DNA of 64,000 nucleotides from Octopus vulgaris (Eukaryota): NCBI GenBank assembly GCA_951406725.2, contig OX597822.1, positions 59,706,001 to 59,770,000 of the forward strand, read 5' to 3'. Shown piece by piece: positions 1 to 13,556 of this stretch (position 1 is its first letter; each line of letters starts with the position of its first letter). The notes under the pieces were generated by a model. It saw only the letters and a program-made list of their open reading frames with translations, ran no database searches and was not told where the DNA came from. The position numbers and the translations under genes were made by a program.

Positions 1-412
1 CAAAGGATTTATTTGCTAAAATACTTAATTGCTATATTGTTGTATTTTGAAAAAGTAGCATTTTAAAAGCCTATAAGACTATAAAGCCTATAAGATTGTA
101 CTTTGTCCATATTTCTTATTTTTGTTCTTTCCTTCGTTAAATATTTCGTTACATCACCACTATGACGTTTTCAATGAGTATAGATTTTCCAGATGGTGGG
201 TGAGAGTTTTCAACTGATTTTCTGTTATTGTGTCAGATATCTATAGCAAGTGCGTAAATCGATGGCATATTAATTTCTTTTATCATTGGCAGCTTAGGAA
301 CACGTGTGTATATATGATGTTGGCTTTAATTGGTTGTAGTCTCATTGCATCTTTATACTATTCGTTGTCATTGAATAGATACGAAGCGTCAAGACTCACT
401 TCTTATATATAT

Positions 413-688
413 ATATAAGAATATTTTTGCGTAATAAGATAAAAAACCAAGGCTGTATAGATATTAGAGCATTTATAGATCTATAAATGCTCTAATAACT
501 GTAGAGCCTTGGTTTTTTATCTTATTACGCAAAAAATTCTTATATACACGCGCTGACATAGCACCAAAGTTGAACCCTTCATTCGCAATATTACCGAATC
601 TGGAACTTAACTATGGTCTGTCTATCTATAGTATTTATTCAGCATTACCTGACACCTTTGGGTCTCAATGACACCATTATCTCTTACA
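413..688. repeat. Palindromic non-coding element (family P1) bounded by (TA)n
   Basis: Hairpin with ~65-bp arms centred on AGATCT (477-482). Homologous inverted copy at 22662-23705. Confidence 0.8.
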
Positions 689-697
689 TATATATAC

Positions 698-759
<62 letters not shown>
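688..759. repeat. (TA)n microsatellite, representative of dozens of (TA)n, (CA)n, (TATG)n, (GA)n and (AAT)n tracts in the window
   Basis: Direct reading. Confidence 0.95.
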
Positions 760-763
<4 letters not shown>

Positions 764-2139
764 TGTGAAGCTTCATGTTTTCGTGGTGGATCTTTTAGAA
801 TTTTTATAATAGCTCTTTATCGAATTACTGTGTTTCTGTCCGTCTTATTGATAAGAGTATTGTTTGTTTCTTTCCTGCAGCTCTTGCACAACAGCAAGGA
901 GCCATTTCTCCTTCATAGATTTGTGTTGGTAACATCACATTACTGCTTTTCTCTGCATTATAAATATTGGTTGGTTGGCATCCTTTTTGTTTCGGGAGAC
1001 AATGGAGTTGCGCATAAAGTAGTCTAGTCCGGCTTTTACATTTCATGTCCTGATACATTTCCTGCTGTGGCTGTGTAGTCCTATCCTGGACAAACACTCC
1101 ATATTATAAATAGTATGCTCCATTTTTAGTGTTGCTGCTTATTTGTGAGCTGGTTGTACATGTTCTACTGCTGTTGTTGTCAGGACAAAGTGTGTTTTTA
1201 TATGAGTTGGCTACAATGATGATGACCACCAATGGCTGTATCTTTCTCTTGGCTATATAATACATTTCTAAATTTAAATACGTGCGCCCTTACTGTGGTC
1301 TTTATGCTGGCATCAACAGCATATACCATCATCCTTATTATTTGATTGTAATCCCTTAGAAATTGGATGTGTTAAGTACAACCTTTTTAGTGCTAGATGG
1401 AAATTTGTTTTTCACAGCTGAGTTAATGGTTGATGGATCTTATAGAAAAGTAATATAGTAAACATTCATTAGAATATATGTGACCAAATAAGCTTCAATG
1501 TGGATCACCCCAGGTGGTGTGCGGTAAGTTAGAAACCTGGAATCACGTGGTTTCGAGCAAAACTCTAAATCGCAAAACCATGGCAGCAACTTATGTATAC
1601 ATAGTTGAAAATATTTATTTCGAACGTTTAAATACATTTTTTATGATGGGGAAACATTAAAATCCATCAGCTACCTTAATTAGAAGAATCCATAAACGGT
1701 TGATCAACCATATTGATCTTTAGGAAACAATCTACTATATTGACTGGTATTTGTAATATCGACCGCAGAGGGACAGCGAAATTGAACCTAGCGGGATTTG
1801 AACTCAGAACGTAAAGGACCATGACGAAATACCGTAAGGTTTTTTGTTTTCAGCGAATAAAAAAACTCAAAGAAGTAGCCTCTTGGTGGTTACTCGATAT
1901 CACTGAATTTAGTAACGTAACCAAATATACCTTAAACCTTCCTGAAATTACATCCTAGTGTATTAGAAACGAGCATGCTGGATAATGTGGTCCTTATTTC
2001 CTATGCAGATATGAAGAAGATGGAATGGTCACGGCTGTAATGCCTCTGATAAGATGTCTTGATAAATGCTGATCTGGAGCTGAACAATGACAGCAGCAAA
2101 CAAGCCAATCACCTAAACATTGAAAAACACTCGTACACT

Positions 2140-2325
2140 CACACATACACGCGCGCGTACACACACACATAATCACACACAGAAACACACCCGCACACAC
2201 ATAGACACACACACACATAGACACTCAGAGATACGCACACATACATACACATACGCACATACACATGCACAGATATAAGCACACACACGCACATGAGAGC
2301 ATACCCACACACACACACACACACG

Positions 2326-2363
<38 letters not shown>

Positions 2364-3265
2364 TAGATAGATAGATAGATAGATACATACATACATACAT
2401 ACATACATACATACATACAGACAGACAGACAGACAGATATACACACATACGCATAAAAACTCACAGACACGTTACTTTATATGCACTCAAACACTTATAC
2501 ATACGTACCCTTACATACTAACACCTACACATACCTCTCTCTGTAAATACACCCAAACACACATACAAGCACACGCGCGCACACACTTATACACGCATAA
2601 TCACTCGTTCTCACATAGTTGCACAATAACACAAACTACCACACTCATATACATTTACACGTACGCTTATACAAGCATACAACTGTATATATAAACACAC
2701 CCACACTAAACACCAGCCCATTCATACATAAACACATAGTGTTTCACACGCATTCAAATATTAACACATACACACACTTGTGTTTATTCACACTTACATA
2801 CATACAATAACTCATTCACTCATGCTTTTATATACATATGCTAATCAAAAGACACGCCGACACACGCTTGCTCACACAAACGTATATATACACTTATATA
2901 CACTTATATACGCACAGGTTCACACATACACAATAAATAAACTCACATTCTCATGCACATTCTTACTCATATACACACTTAAATAAATTCGCTCACATTC
3001 ACGTGAACATACTAATTCACACACACACACACACACATATACACACGTACACACACACCTACACACCTACACGCATACATATACAATAACACGTCAGTAC
3101 ATTTACACAGGTACACAGGTATACTCATAAATATATACAGACTTATGCAAACGCGCTCATTCACATGCACAGTCGCGTGTGCACCCACACACAAATACTT
3201 AGACACACACACACACATGCGCGCACACACACACACGTGCACACACAGACACTCACACACACACA
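2140..3265. repeat. Degenerate CA-rich compound microsatellite
   Basis: (CA)n, (TA)n, (GATA)n and (CATA)n runs. Confidence 0.9.
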
Positions 3266-4448
3266 ATTTGTTTCGAGAAAACCTGTTTTGGAAATGTTTT
3301 GATAAATCTCTGAATGCTCGTATTTACATTGGTAACTCTGTATAAAGGATTTGTGTATGTACGCATGTGTATGTGCGTGTGTGTGTGCTTGTGTGTGTGT
3401 GTGTATGGCATTCTCTGTTTGGATATGTGTGTGTATCTGCGTATGTGATTACGTGTACGTGTTGGGTTGTTAACAAACGCATACACATATATCGACAGAA
3501 AAACATATTCATGCCATACATACACGCATGAAAAACCCACTTAACAACTCAGAATGATAAAAAGAACACAAACATTGATAACATTTTTGTCTAAGTCCAA
3601 ATGACTGCAGCTTACAAAAAAAGCGACAAAACGGGATGTTGTGGTCTTGATGTGTTTACGAATAGTATTAAAAATATAAGTAAGCAAACAAGTTCAATCA
3701 CGAATCGAAACTAGCTCATCGACTAACTTATTACAGATCGCTGAAATAAATGATTAGGGAATAGTAACCAGAGACACTTTGTGCCTGGAAGATATATAGT
3801 TAAGTATTGGCTAACATAGTTAATGCAGTGAGCTAAATACGTTTCATTAATTAAAATTATAAGTATATTGAGGTATTACATTCATTGGCATTAATTACGA
3901 TTTTAAGATGTTTTAAATAATGTATTTTGCTTTACATATACTATTCAACCCATTATAACAGTGGTTGTATTCACATCAGCCCAATATCAACCATATATAT
4001 ACACACACACTTTAACCAAATGGTGGTTTGTTTTACTGGGAAGCAATACTACTGTACTGCACTTTTTAATAAATTTTGCTCTGAAAACTTTTTTCACTGA
4101 TTTTGTTCTGTTAACGGCCAGGCATTCAGACGAGTAAACTGGTACTAATGTAGCAACATTCGAAATGTTGTCTAGGTGAATCTAGCCAAAGAAAACTAAT
4201 CAAATTTACATTAACAAACATAATTTGGAAAGTTCGAAACCTAGGTCCTAGATTATCCACATCTGTACATTGTACATTTATTTAATGTTCTTCCTACAGG
4301 TAAGATAGAATTTTTTATGTTCGCCGCCCGCAAACATCTTTGCCAGTATATATATATATATATACAGTGAAGCTTTACAATAGCGTCGTATATTATCGAC
4401 TCCTATTTCAAGTAAATATTGGTGAAGTATTGTACAAACTATTCTATA

Positions 4449-4551
<103 letters not shown>

Positions 4552-4893
4552 GTGACCAGTAGGCGTTCTATCTGGATGCGAAACAACAAGGCCTTAGCCT
4601 CGCAGACGTCCGTGAGGCTAAGGCCTTTCTGGATGTGAAATCGTTGGTCACTCTATGACCGGATGTTAACTTAATTACTTTTACTATATTACTGCTCTAT
4701 GCTTTGGAGCGTACTTCTTTTCCGTATATATGATAAATTGACGATAGAGCAGTAATATAGTAAAAGTAATTAAGTTAACATCTGGTCATAGAGTGACCAA
4801 CGATTTCACATCCAGAAAGGCCTTAGCCTCACGGACGTCTGCGAGGCTAAGGCCCTTGTTGTTTCGCATCCAGATAGAACGCCTACTGGTCAC
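4552..4893. repeat. Near-perfect long palindrome with nested GC-rich hairpins
   Basis: Arms 4552-4700 and 4744-4893 with about 2 differences. Each arm contains the hairpin AGGCCTTAGCCTC..GAGGCTAAGGCCT. Confidence 0.9.
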
Positions 4894-4930
4894 TCTGACA
4901 TTAACTTAATTGCTTTAATGATATATACAT

Positions 4931-5042
<112 letters not shown>

Positions 5043-5102
5043 ATATATCATTAAAGCAATTAAGTTAATGTCATATATATATATATATACTGTATATATA
5101 TA

Positions 5103-5456
5103 TTATAATTAGGGTTCAGCAACATTTGCCTCACCACATACCGAAATTTAGAAATAGCAATTAAAATACTATTCTACTACCATAAGATATCTCCCAGACA
5201 GCAATACTCTACAACACAAGCAGGTAAAGAGAAAAAAGAATAACGAATTCACCCGGCTTTGATTAACTATATATGCGTTTCGGGGTTAAAGAGATGTAAA
5301 AAGATGTAAAATCATATTTCTACTCACTTATTCCCTTCCTCAGTATAGTATTTCAAGTTTTAAAATTTGAGAGCACTGATAATTAACATACGTACTCGAC
5401 CAAGTGAGTAAAAATATGACTTTACATCTTTTTACATCTCTTTAACCCCGAAACGC
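5103..5456 (-). mobile_element. Non-autonomous Penelope-like pseudo-LTR element with internal inverted repeat and hammerhead
   Basis: Inverted repeat 5276-5329/5403-5456. Left part resembles 38033-38230 (CAGCAAC..TTGCCTCACCACA..CCGAA.TTTAGAAATAGCA). Starts at a TA run. Confidence 0.6.
5266..5349 (-). ncRNA. Type I hammerhead ribozyme, slightly degenerate
   Basis: Minus strand: ACUAUA-CUGAGGA-aGGG...CCCC-GAAA-CGC-AUA-UAUAGU. Stem I is 6 bp. The 10.1-11.1 pair and 16.2 look mutated (inverted partial copy reads GAAACGCG). Confidence 0.6.
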
Positions 5457-5460
5457 GGAA

Positions 5461-6066
5461 GAAGGTAATTAAAATTCATTAAAATAAGAAATCTATCAGA
5501 CTTTTGAGAAAGAGGGAAAAACCTCCTCGCCGAAACAAAACTCAGGAAGAAAACCAAAGCTTTCAGAGAGGTACCGTCGGACTCTTACACGAATTATTAG
5601 AAAGGATCACAAAACTACAGCTCCCAAAATTACTGCAGAGCTTGATGACTACCCCGAGAACCCAGTTTCCATAAAAACTGTTCGCCGGGAGCTGCACAAA
5701 TCTGGATTTCACGGAAGGGCTGCAATCAGAAAACCACTACTTTCAAAAACAAACGTTGCAAAGCGTTTAGAGTGGAGTAAAAACCTATAGAATTGGTGCC
5801 TAGAACAGTGGAAGGATGTTATTTTCTCGGACGAGTCTTCCTTTACCTTATTTCGGACCACAGGCTGAGTATACGTGTGGAGACAGCCAAAATAAGTATT
5901 TGACCCAGACTACTTTCTTCCAACTGTTAAACATGGAGGACTATCTGTGACGATCTGGGGGGTGGAGGGCTAAATCTTGGAAATCCGTCGGCCCAATGGT
6001 TTCCTTTCATGACAGAATTAATAGTCAAGACTATTTAAGTATTTTATCTGATCAAATTAATCCTCT
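5461..6066 (+). mobile_element. Tc1-family transposase remnant
   Basis: Reads SGRKPKLSER..VSIKTVRRELHKSGFHGRAAIRKPLL..RLEW..WKDVIFSDESSF..PTVKHGG, with internal stops. Confidence 0.9.
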
Positions 6067-7022
6067 TAACGAATCAGTATTACTTTCATTTGCGGCAGGG
6101 ATAGGGCGCAAAATGAAGTGTAAATTGCTGGATTTAATATTGCGTAGTATATACACCCTTGCCTTATATGTGTATGTGTGTGTATGTTTGTGTTTCAAAT
6201 GAGTTTTATTGACGCTAACAGCTTTTTACATTTGTTTACAATTTCTATTAATTAAATATTTTTCGAAGTCCACCACCTCAGGTATATTAGACCACAAATG
6301 ATTATTTGTCCTTCATAAATAAAGCATACACGGGAAATATTCTAATGTCATTATCTCACGAGGCTTGTCATTTTATTTATCTTTCATATTTACTTCAGAC
6401 AGGTTAGGTTTATTCATTTGAAGGTATTTGGTATATCCTTACACGTAACCCCTTCCACTTGCTTGCTCCTCATTCAATACCGTATAGTTTCTTGGCAAGT
6501 AGGTGTTTTATATTTTGTCAAATGATTTTTCCGTGCTATGACTAGCCAGTTTGGAATATCCATTTTGCATTCCATATGTCATATACATGTACACGTGAGG
6601 ACCACTTTTCATTTATTTAGTCACTTTCTGGTGCCTTCCTATTATGCAACTGTTTCACAGCATTACTAAAAGGCGATATTGTATGCTTTATTATTGTTAT
6701 TCACATAGTGTTTCTTTCTGCTGTACTCATGCATGATACATTATGGTTGAATTTAGTATTTCCATTTCCAGTTTTAGACAAAAACGATCTTAGATGTACT
6801 TGAGAATGAGCTATTTTAGGGATTGTTTTCCTTTCCTTTAACCTCCGTTATAAAGCTTGTGAAATAACAGCAAACGTGGTTGATGATGACTCATTGATAT
6901 CGTTAATTTTGGTAACGGAGTTTCTCACTGAAGATCCATGCTTTAATGTTATTAATTTACCATCAAAAACTTGGTATATTAGCATGTATGTATGTATGTA
7001 TGTATGTATGTATGTATATATG

Positions 7023-7056
<34 letters not shown>

Positions 7057-7184
7057 TGTATGTATGTATGTATGTATGTATGTATGTATGTATGTATGTA
7101 TGTATGTATGTATGTATGTATGTATGTATGTATGTATACATGCATGTATGCATATATGTCACGACGACGAGGGTCCCACTATAT

Positions 7185-7404
7185 ACGATCATTAACGTGC
7201 AAGTGGCTGAGCACTCCACAAACACGTGTACTCTTAACGTAGTTCTCGGGGAGATTCAGCGTGACAGAAAGTGTGACTCTGAGTGGACGGGAGCAACGTG
7301 AAATAAAGTGTCTTGCTCAAGGACACAACGCATCGCCGGGAATTGAACTCACGACTTTACAATCGTGAGCCGAATGCCCGAGCCACTAAGCCACGTGCCT
7401 TCAC
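7185..7404 (-). mobile_element. tRNA-derived SINE
   Basis: A/B-box-like head (GTGGCTTAGTGG..GAGTTCAATTCC) and CTTGAGCAAGACACTT core on the minus strand. Confidence 0.7.
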
Positions 7405-7473
7405 ACATTTTAAAAATGTAGGTATGTATGTTTGTATTCACTTATATGTGTAAGTATATATGTACAAGTATTA

Positions 7474-7736
7474 TATAAGGAAGTATATTTGCCACTTAAA
7501 TGTGGCTAACCCTTAAGGGTGGATGCTACTGTAGCTTGTAGCCCCAGGAGGACACCTACTCCAGCTGGCTATTGACACACTTTCTGTGCTCTATCAGTAT
7601 TTGCAAAGGGAAACCATACTTCCCATCTTTAATCTGACATGGTGCACACGGACTCGAGTTTCTGGGTATTGACCCATCATCAGCGTGTGACAATCACCGA
7701 TTGCCGATGAAAAGTGGGTTCCCTTTGCAAATATAT
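7474..7736 (-). mobile_element. Short (~260 bp) hammerhead-containing retrozyme-like element
   Basis: Hammerhead enclosed by inverted repeat 7598-7627/7706-7733. Element boundaries approximate. Confidence 0.55.
7645..7689 (-). ncRNA. Minimal type I hammerhead ribozyme
   Basis: CACACG-CUGAUGA-UGGGU-caau-ACCCA-GAAA-C-UCGA-GUC^-CGUGUG: full core, 6-bp stem I, 5-bp stem II, palindromic ACUCGAGU stem III. Confidence 0.9.
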
Positions 7737-7834
7737 ATCCTTTTTCCAGTGACGAAAAGTCACTGATATCGAAAAAGTGTAAACAAGTAATGATAATAAT
7801 AATATTATATAAGGCCTGAATTAATTATAGGAAA

Positions 7835-8149
7835 ATGATTATTGAAAGTAAAATGCTTGATATTTTCTTTGCTATTTCTTTTTTCTTTTTCGTTGCAGGA
7901 ATCTCTTTGTTTGTGCAAGACGTGAAAACTGAAGAAAATTGCAAATGTAAAATGTGTCCATCTTCGATTGATGCCCGAGCTCACTGTGAGTGTTGTGTAT
8001 GGCATTATCTGGGAAAAAGACAGTCAATGAATTCCAATGAAGAACTTGATAATTACTTCCTGCAATTAGCAACAGATAAAAACACACAAGTTAAACTAAC
8101 GAAACGCCATTTCGTTATGACGAGAATGAGAACCAGAGCAGAATATTAA
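7835..8149 (+). CDS. Secreted Cys-rich amidated neuropeptide precursor (CCRFamide-like cysteine pattern, tentative)
   Basis: Hydrophobic signal peptide. C-x-C-x2-C-x9-C-x-CC followed by VWHYL-GKR (amidation plus dibasic site). Second KR. Acceptor-like TTATAG at 7825-7830 just before the ATG and AATAAA at 8165-8170. Confidence 0.8.
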   Translation: MIIESKMLDIFFAISFFFFVAGISLFVQDVKTEENCKCKMCPSSIDARAHCECCVWHYLGKRQSMNSNEELDNYFLQLATDKNTQVKLTKRHFVMTRMRTRAEY

Positions 8150-8846
8150 CAAATGATGAAGTTTAATAAAAGAAAGTTAAAATAACTGGAAAAAAAATTT
8201 CTGTAAGAAATTAATTGGCTTCTCTGTCTTGGTTTATAATGAGCCATATTCCTTAAAAATGAATGATGGTGAGAATTCTTTAAAAATCTAAATAAATGAC
8301 TAAATAATATAAAGTAGTTTTTAAAAGAAGATCCTCTTCTATATTAGAGAAATGTAGTCAAATATCTTTTCAAATCAGACGTCAGAATAAACATGCTACG
8401 CTAAAGAATCTGCGTTTATAGATTCTTGTAACGGTTTCTGTGACTACTTTTTTTTTATTATAAACACAGCTGTATATATATATATATATATATATAAATA
8501 CTTTTACCCCAAAATAAGAACAATAACAATGATAACTTTCGAAATAGTAAAATAGAAACCTAAATTAAATACACAGATAAACAAATAAAACATAAGTAAA
8601 AATATATTATGATACTATGAAATCAACTGTGACAGAAATATTTCCCAAATCTCTGTAAGTTGATGCAAACGCATGAACAACATAGTTTATATGGAAAATG
8701 ATATGGTGAGGTTAGGAGCTTTAGTGCTTCAAAGTAAGCAAAACGATTGTCATGGAATTATGAAAATTCTTACGAAAATAATTAAACTTCAAACTAATCG
8801 GGTTTTAGTGTTGTAGTATGCTTGAAGTAAAAAAAACATGCTGTAC

Positions 8847-8878
<32 letters not shown>

Positions 8879-10420
8879 TGTATGTATGTATGTATGTATG
8901 TATATATGTATGAGTGTGTGTGTATGTGTGTGTGTATGAAGTTTATTGTTCCGCTACTATAGATTAAATCAACAAAAAAAGTGCTTCATCCAGTGACAGA
9001 CAGATGTTTAATGTACATTATAATTAGAATAAGAGCTGCAAACAGTTTTATGTTATGGAAGTAGTCTTATGCCACGGTAACTCGATAGATTTATAAAACG
9101 TTCCTTGTGCCTGTTAGAGCACATGGTTAGACCTGTGTGAAAATCAGGATGCTGGTACATGAAAAATACAGGAAAAAATTTTTTTTCTGTTTTTTTTTCT
9201 CGTATTTTCTCATGTACTAGCGTCCTGATTTTCAAATAGGACTAATCAGGGACATTAAACTTGAAATATAGCTTGGAGACACAAGGCACGTTATATGAAC
9301 CGGCCGAATTACAGTTTCAAGAAACTATCAGCAGCATTTATTCCAATAGTGTATCACACAAGCGCGAGCACGCGCACGCACTCATAAGCCCCCACCACAC
9401 ACACACTCACATGAACATGCATATATGTATGTTTAGAGAGAGAGAGAAGGAGAAGGAACGACAAAGAGAAAGGAAGAGAGGAGACAGAGCGAGATAGAAA
9501 GACTTGCCTCCCCACTACTTATTGAAGCTACATAACAAGTATCAAGTAGGCTATATAAAAGAGAAAAGAAGAAAAAAGAAAAAACGAGGCATTGCCGGCG
9601 GTTGCTAGTACACTACTGGCATGTCCCGAAACCCCTTCGGTGGGAGTTGTGCCACCGAAGGGGGGATTTGAGGACTCTCCCTATGTGGAGGAGGAATTTG
9701 TGGTTCTGTGCCACAGGGGATGGGAAACCCAAAGAATGATCAAACCGTTTAATGAAAATGATCGATGAGAAGGAATTAGCACCTGTATCAAGAATCCAGG
9801 TTGGCCTCCACAGGTAGCAGCGGAGGTCGTGTGAGAAAAAAAAAGACTTGTTTGAGGTAATAAGCTCCTTCCCTGAGGACACATTTCGCTTTCTGCTGAA
9901 AATTCCCGACCTAGCACCATCGAGGTGCTTGAGTGTGGCATTGAGCCTGGTCAGGTGACAGTGGGGCGGAAAAAATTAAGAGGTTTAGTGCCTCGTATTG
10001 TGTAGAAACATTAAAGTAAGAGGTTTAATGCTTCGGTCTGTTGTTTTGTTTTGTGCTTTGAGTTTATTGTTTGTAAGGGGCTCAGAGCCTCAATTTAGAA
10101 TGAACTATGGAACTAAAGTAAGAAGTTTAATACCTCGTATTGTTCTTACTGTGTAAAAAAAAAAAAAGAATAATGTTTCAGAGAAACAAAAAATCGGCAG
10201 GCGTCTTCTCCCATCAATATCATCCTTTTTCATCATTCATCTCATCAATGTTTCTGTCCAGCCCGCAAGCCACTCCCTCTGTGTTATGCCTTTATGGCAA
10301 AAATGTTTAATAAAGTAGGCTATATATTGCTGCCGTTACTGTAGAATGTGTCATCGCACACGTAAACACACATGGAAAAGGTCTTGTAAGAAATCAATTA
10401 TTATTATCAATATTATCAAA

Positions 10421-10640
10421 GCAGTGAGCTGGCAGAATCGCTAGCACACCGGACAAAATGCTTAGCAGCGTTTTGTCGGTTTACGGTCTGAGTTAAAATT
10501 CAGCCGAGGTCGACTTAGCTTTTCATCCTTCCGGGGTCAATTAATTAAGTACCAGTCGAGCACTGGAGTCGGATGCGATAGTGTAGCTCCCTTTCCCCAA
10601 ATTTCAGAACTTCTGCCTAGAGTAGAAAGAATTATTATTG
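10421..10640 (+). mobile_element. SINE family B (other copies about 1745-1840 -, 11140-11330 +, 15855-16270 - partly duplicated, 19735-19820 -)
   Basis: Shared GAGCTGGCAGAA..GAGTTCAAATTC.GCCGAGGTCGAC..TTTCATCCTT..GGGGTCGA motifs. Confidence 0.75.
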
Positions 10641-10864
10641 TTGAGTGAGACAGTATGCCATCAAAGTGACATTGGGATACAAATATACAAAGCCCGATAT
10701 ATCCATCGTGACTAACTAACTGATAAGGATGTACCAGGCTATGCATCTCAATCATATGTGCGTAGCATGGTGATCTCATATAAGATACACAGTGCATGAT
10801 CTTGCAGGTGTGATTCAGTAGTAGAAATGATTATTATTCATTTGCGCCTGTAGTAGAAAGGATT

Positions 10865-10996
<132 letters not shown>

Positions 10997-11586
10997 TAGT
11001 CTTATTTTTATGACGTGCATGCCATCAACTATGACTATCGAGGGCAGCTCTTTGAAGCCAATATGACCCATCATGACTGTGGTTTCTTTTGATAAAGTTA
11101 TTTTCACTGCTTTTGTTAAGGGGACAATGCATCACAAAGTTGTTAGCACGTCGGACAAAATGATAAGTGGCATTTTCCAGTCTTACGTCCTGTGTTCAAA
11201 TTCCGCCGAGGTCAAATTTTTCTTTCATCCTTTGATGAAATAAGTAGCAGTTGAAACCCTGGGGTCGACGTAATCGACTCAACATCTACCCGGAAATTGC
11301 TGGCATTGTTGCAAAATGTGAAACCACCATTATCATCATCATCACACTTGGCGTCGCTTTCTGAATACGAATCTCACCAAGGACAAATTCATTACTCATT
11401 CTTCTTATATTGTTAGGAATATCGTCAGCCACTAAGGGACATGCTCAACTGGTTATGGTCAAACAACTGACAAGCAAATCTGTGGTATTGAGCAGAATAT
11501 TTGCTGTAGCCCATCTTTTATACCAAGACAACACGTAATTAATATTTATGCGTATTTCATTACATATGTACATAAGATTACTGAGT

Positions 11587-13515
11587 ACGCAGCTATGTAC
11601 TTAGGCTGCTACGTTATATTCTTTCATGTTTTGAAAGGAAATTTTACCGAGTTCAAAATATTTTAATCCTTCCAGGAGGTCGATAAAAAGTTTTAGTGAA
11701 GTAGAGAGGTGAAGTTTCTTTTCATACAAATTTGTGACCTCGGCCAAAAGTTACAAAATCATTATTTATATATAGAATTACTTATAGTGGAGTTTTGTTG
11801 GAGTGGCATTAAGTGGTGGTGCGGAAGCATCAAAGTAATGTAGGAGTGGCATTGGAGTGTCAAGACAGTGGTAGTGATATGCTATTGTGACGCTGAAGTA
11901 GAATTTAAGTGGCACTTGAAGGGCATTGAAGTGGCAATAGTGTCGCATAGGTTTTAGTTGAATTAGAACTTTGAACTGTTATATGATTACTCTGGAAACA
12001 AATGTTACGTCTACTACCATTGCTTTTATATAAAGTACTTGAAAACTTAGTCGATAGAAAAGAATCATCACCCTTGACCTTAGCAACCCCCTCAGGCAAG
12101 TTAGATTGTTGTGTCTGATCTCCAGCCTGAACACCTATAAATGAATAATCGCTGGAGAAAAATGGAGAAGGACTGGGTATCTGGGATGGATACTAGTACA
12201 AGACAGAATTCGGCTACAACAGGAATAGATGATGGTGTCAAACCGAGTGGTGTGTTGATCTATCACTCGCAATTTGTAGAAGTGTTTTATCTCTTGGTTA
12301 TTTCTGCTAACCTTTGGCTTTCACTCACAGTGAGGTCTATAAAATTCATTACTCATTCTTCTTATATTGTTAGGAATATGTACAAGTCAACAAAAGATCA
12401 AAGAAGATATCAATGACAGGACATCACGTCTCCTTTTCTTATAATCATTTCGTCTTAATTTCCCTCGGACATTCACACATATAAACATTTCCCCAGATCT
12501 ACTAAAAAGTGAACAGCGTAAAAGCATGTTTAGCAGCGGAAGCTGTCACGCAGCTACGTACTTAGGCTGCTACGTTATATTCTTTCATGTTTTGAAAGGA
12601 AATTTTACCGAGTTCAAAATATTTTAATCCTTCCAGGAGGTCGATAAAAAGTTTTAGTGAAGTAGAGAGGTGAAGTTTCTTTTCATACAAATTTGTGACC
12701 TCGGCCAAAAGTTACAAAATCATTATTTATATATAGAATTACTTATAGTGGAGTTTTGTTGGAGTGGCATTAAGTGGTGGTGCGGAAGCATCAAAGTAAT
12801 GTAGGAGTGGCATTGGAGTGTCAAGACAGTGGTAGTGATATGCTATTGTGACGCTGAAGTAGAATTTAAGTGGCACTTGAAGGGCATTGAAGTGGCAATA
12901 GTGTCGCATAGATTTTAGTTGAATTAGAACTTTGAACTGTTATATGATTACTCTGGAAACAAATGTTACGTCTACTACCATTGCTTTTATATAAAGTACT
13001 TGAAAACTTAGTCGATAGAAAAGAATCATCACCCTTGACCTTAGCAACCCCCTCAGGCAAGTTAGATTGTTGTGTCTGATCTCCAGCCTGAACACCTATA
13101 AATGAATAATCGCTGGAGAAAAATGGAGAAGGACTGGGTATCTGGGATGGATACTAGTACAAGACAGAATTCGGCTACAACAGGAATAGATGATGGTGTC
13201 AAACCGAGTGGTGTGTTGATCTATCACTCGCAATTTGTAGAAGTGTGTCTTATCTCTTGGTTATTTCTGCTAAACTTTGGCTTTCACTCACAGTGAGGTC
13301 TATAAAATAAGTACCAATGATATAGTAGAGTTTTCGAGGCGAGTAGAAAAGGAAGTAAACACCGGAATATTACAAGATTGTATCTATCCAAGCTTGAGTA
13401 TACGTTATAATCATTTCGTCTTAATTCCCCTCGGACATTCACACATATAAACATTTCCCCAGATCTACTAAAAAGTGAACAGCGTAAAAGCATGTTTAGC
13501 AGCGGAAGCTGTCAC
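11587..13515 (+). repeat. Recent tandem duplication, period 961 bp, with a partial third copy at 13995-14185
   Basis: 11587-12345 is nearly identical to 12548-13308 (ORFs 11905/12866 and 12141/13102 repeat). 12441-12547 recurs at 13406-13515. Confidence 0.9.
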
Positions 13516-13556
13516 CACTCACTGGTAATGTAGCTTTGTATGAAAAAATAGGGCTT

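Noticed and set aside
9590-9990. GC-richer block with a hairpin and a possible LINE C-terminus
   Set aside because: No diagnostic motif could be confirmed
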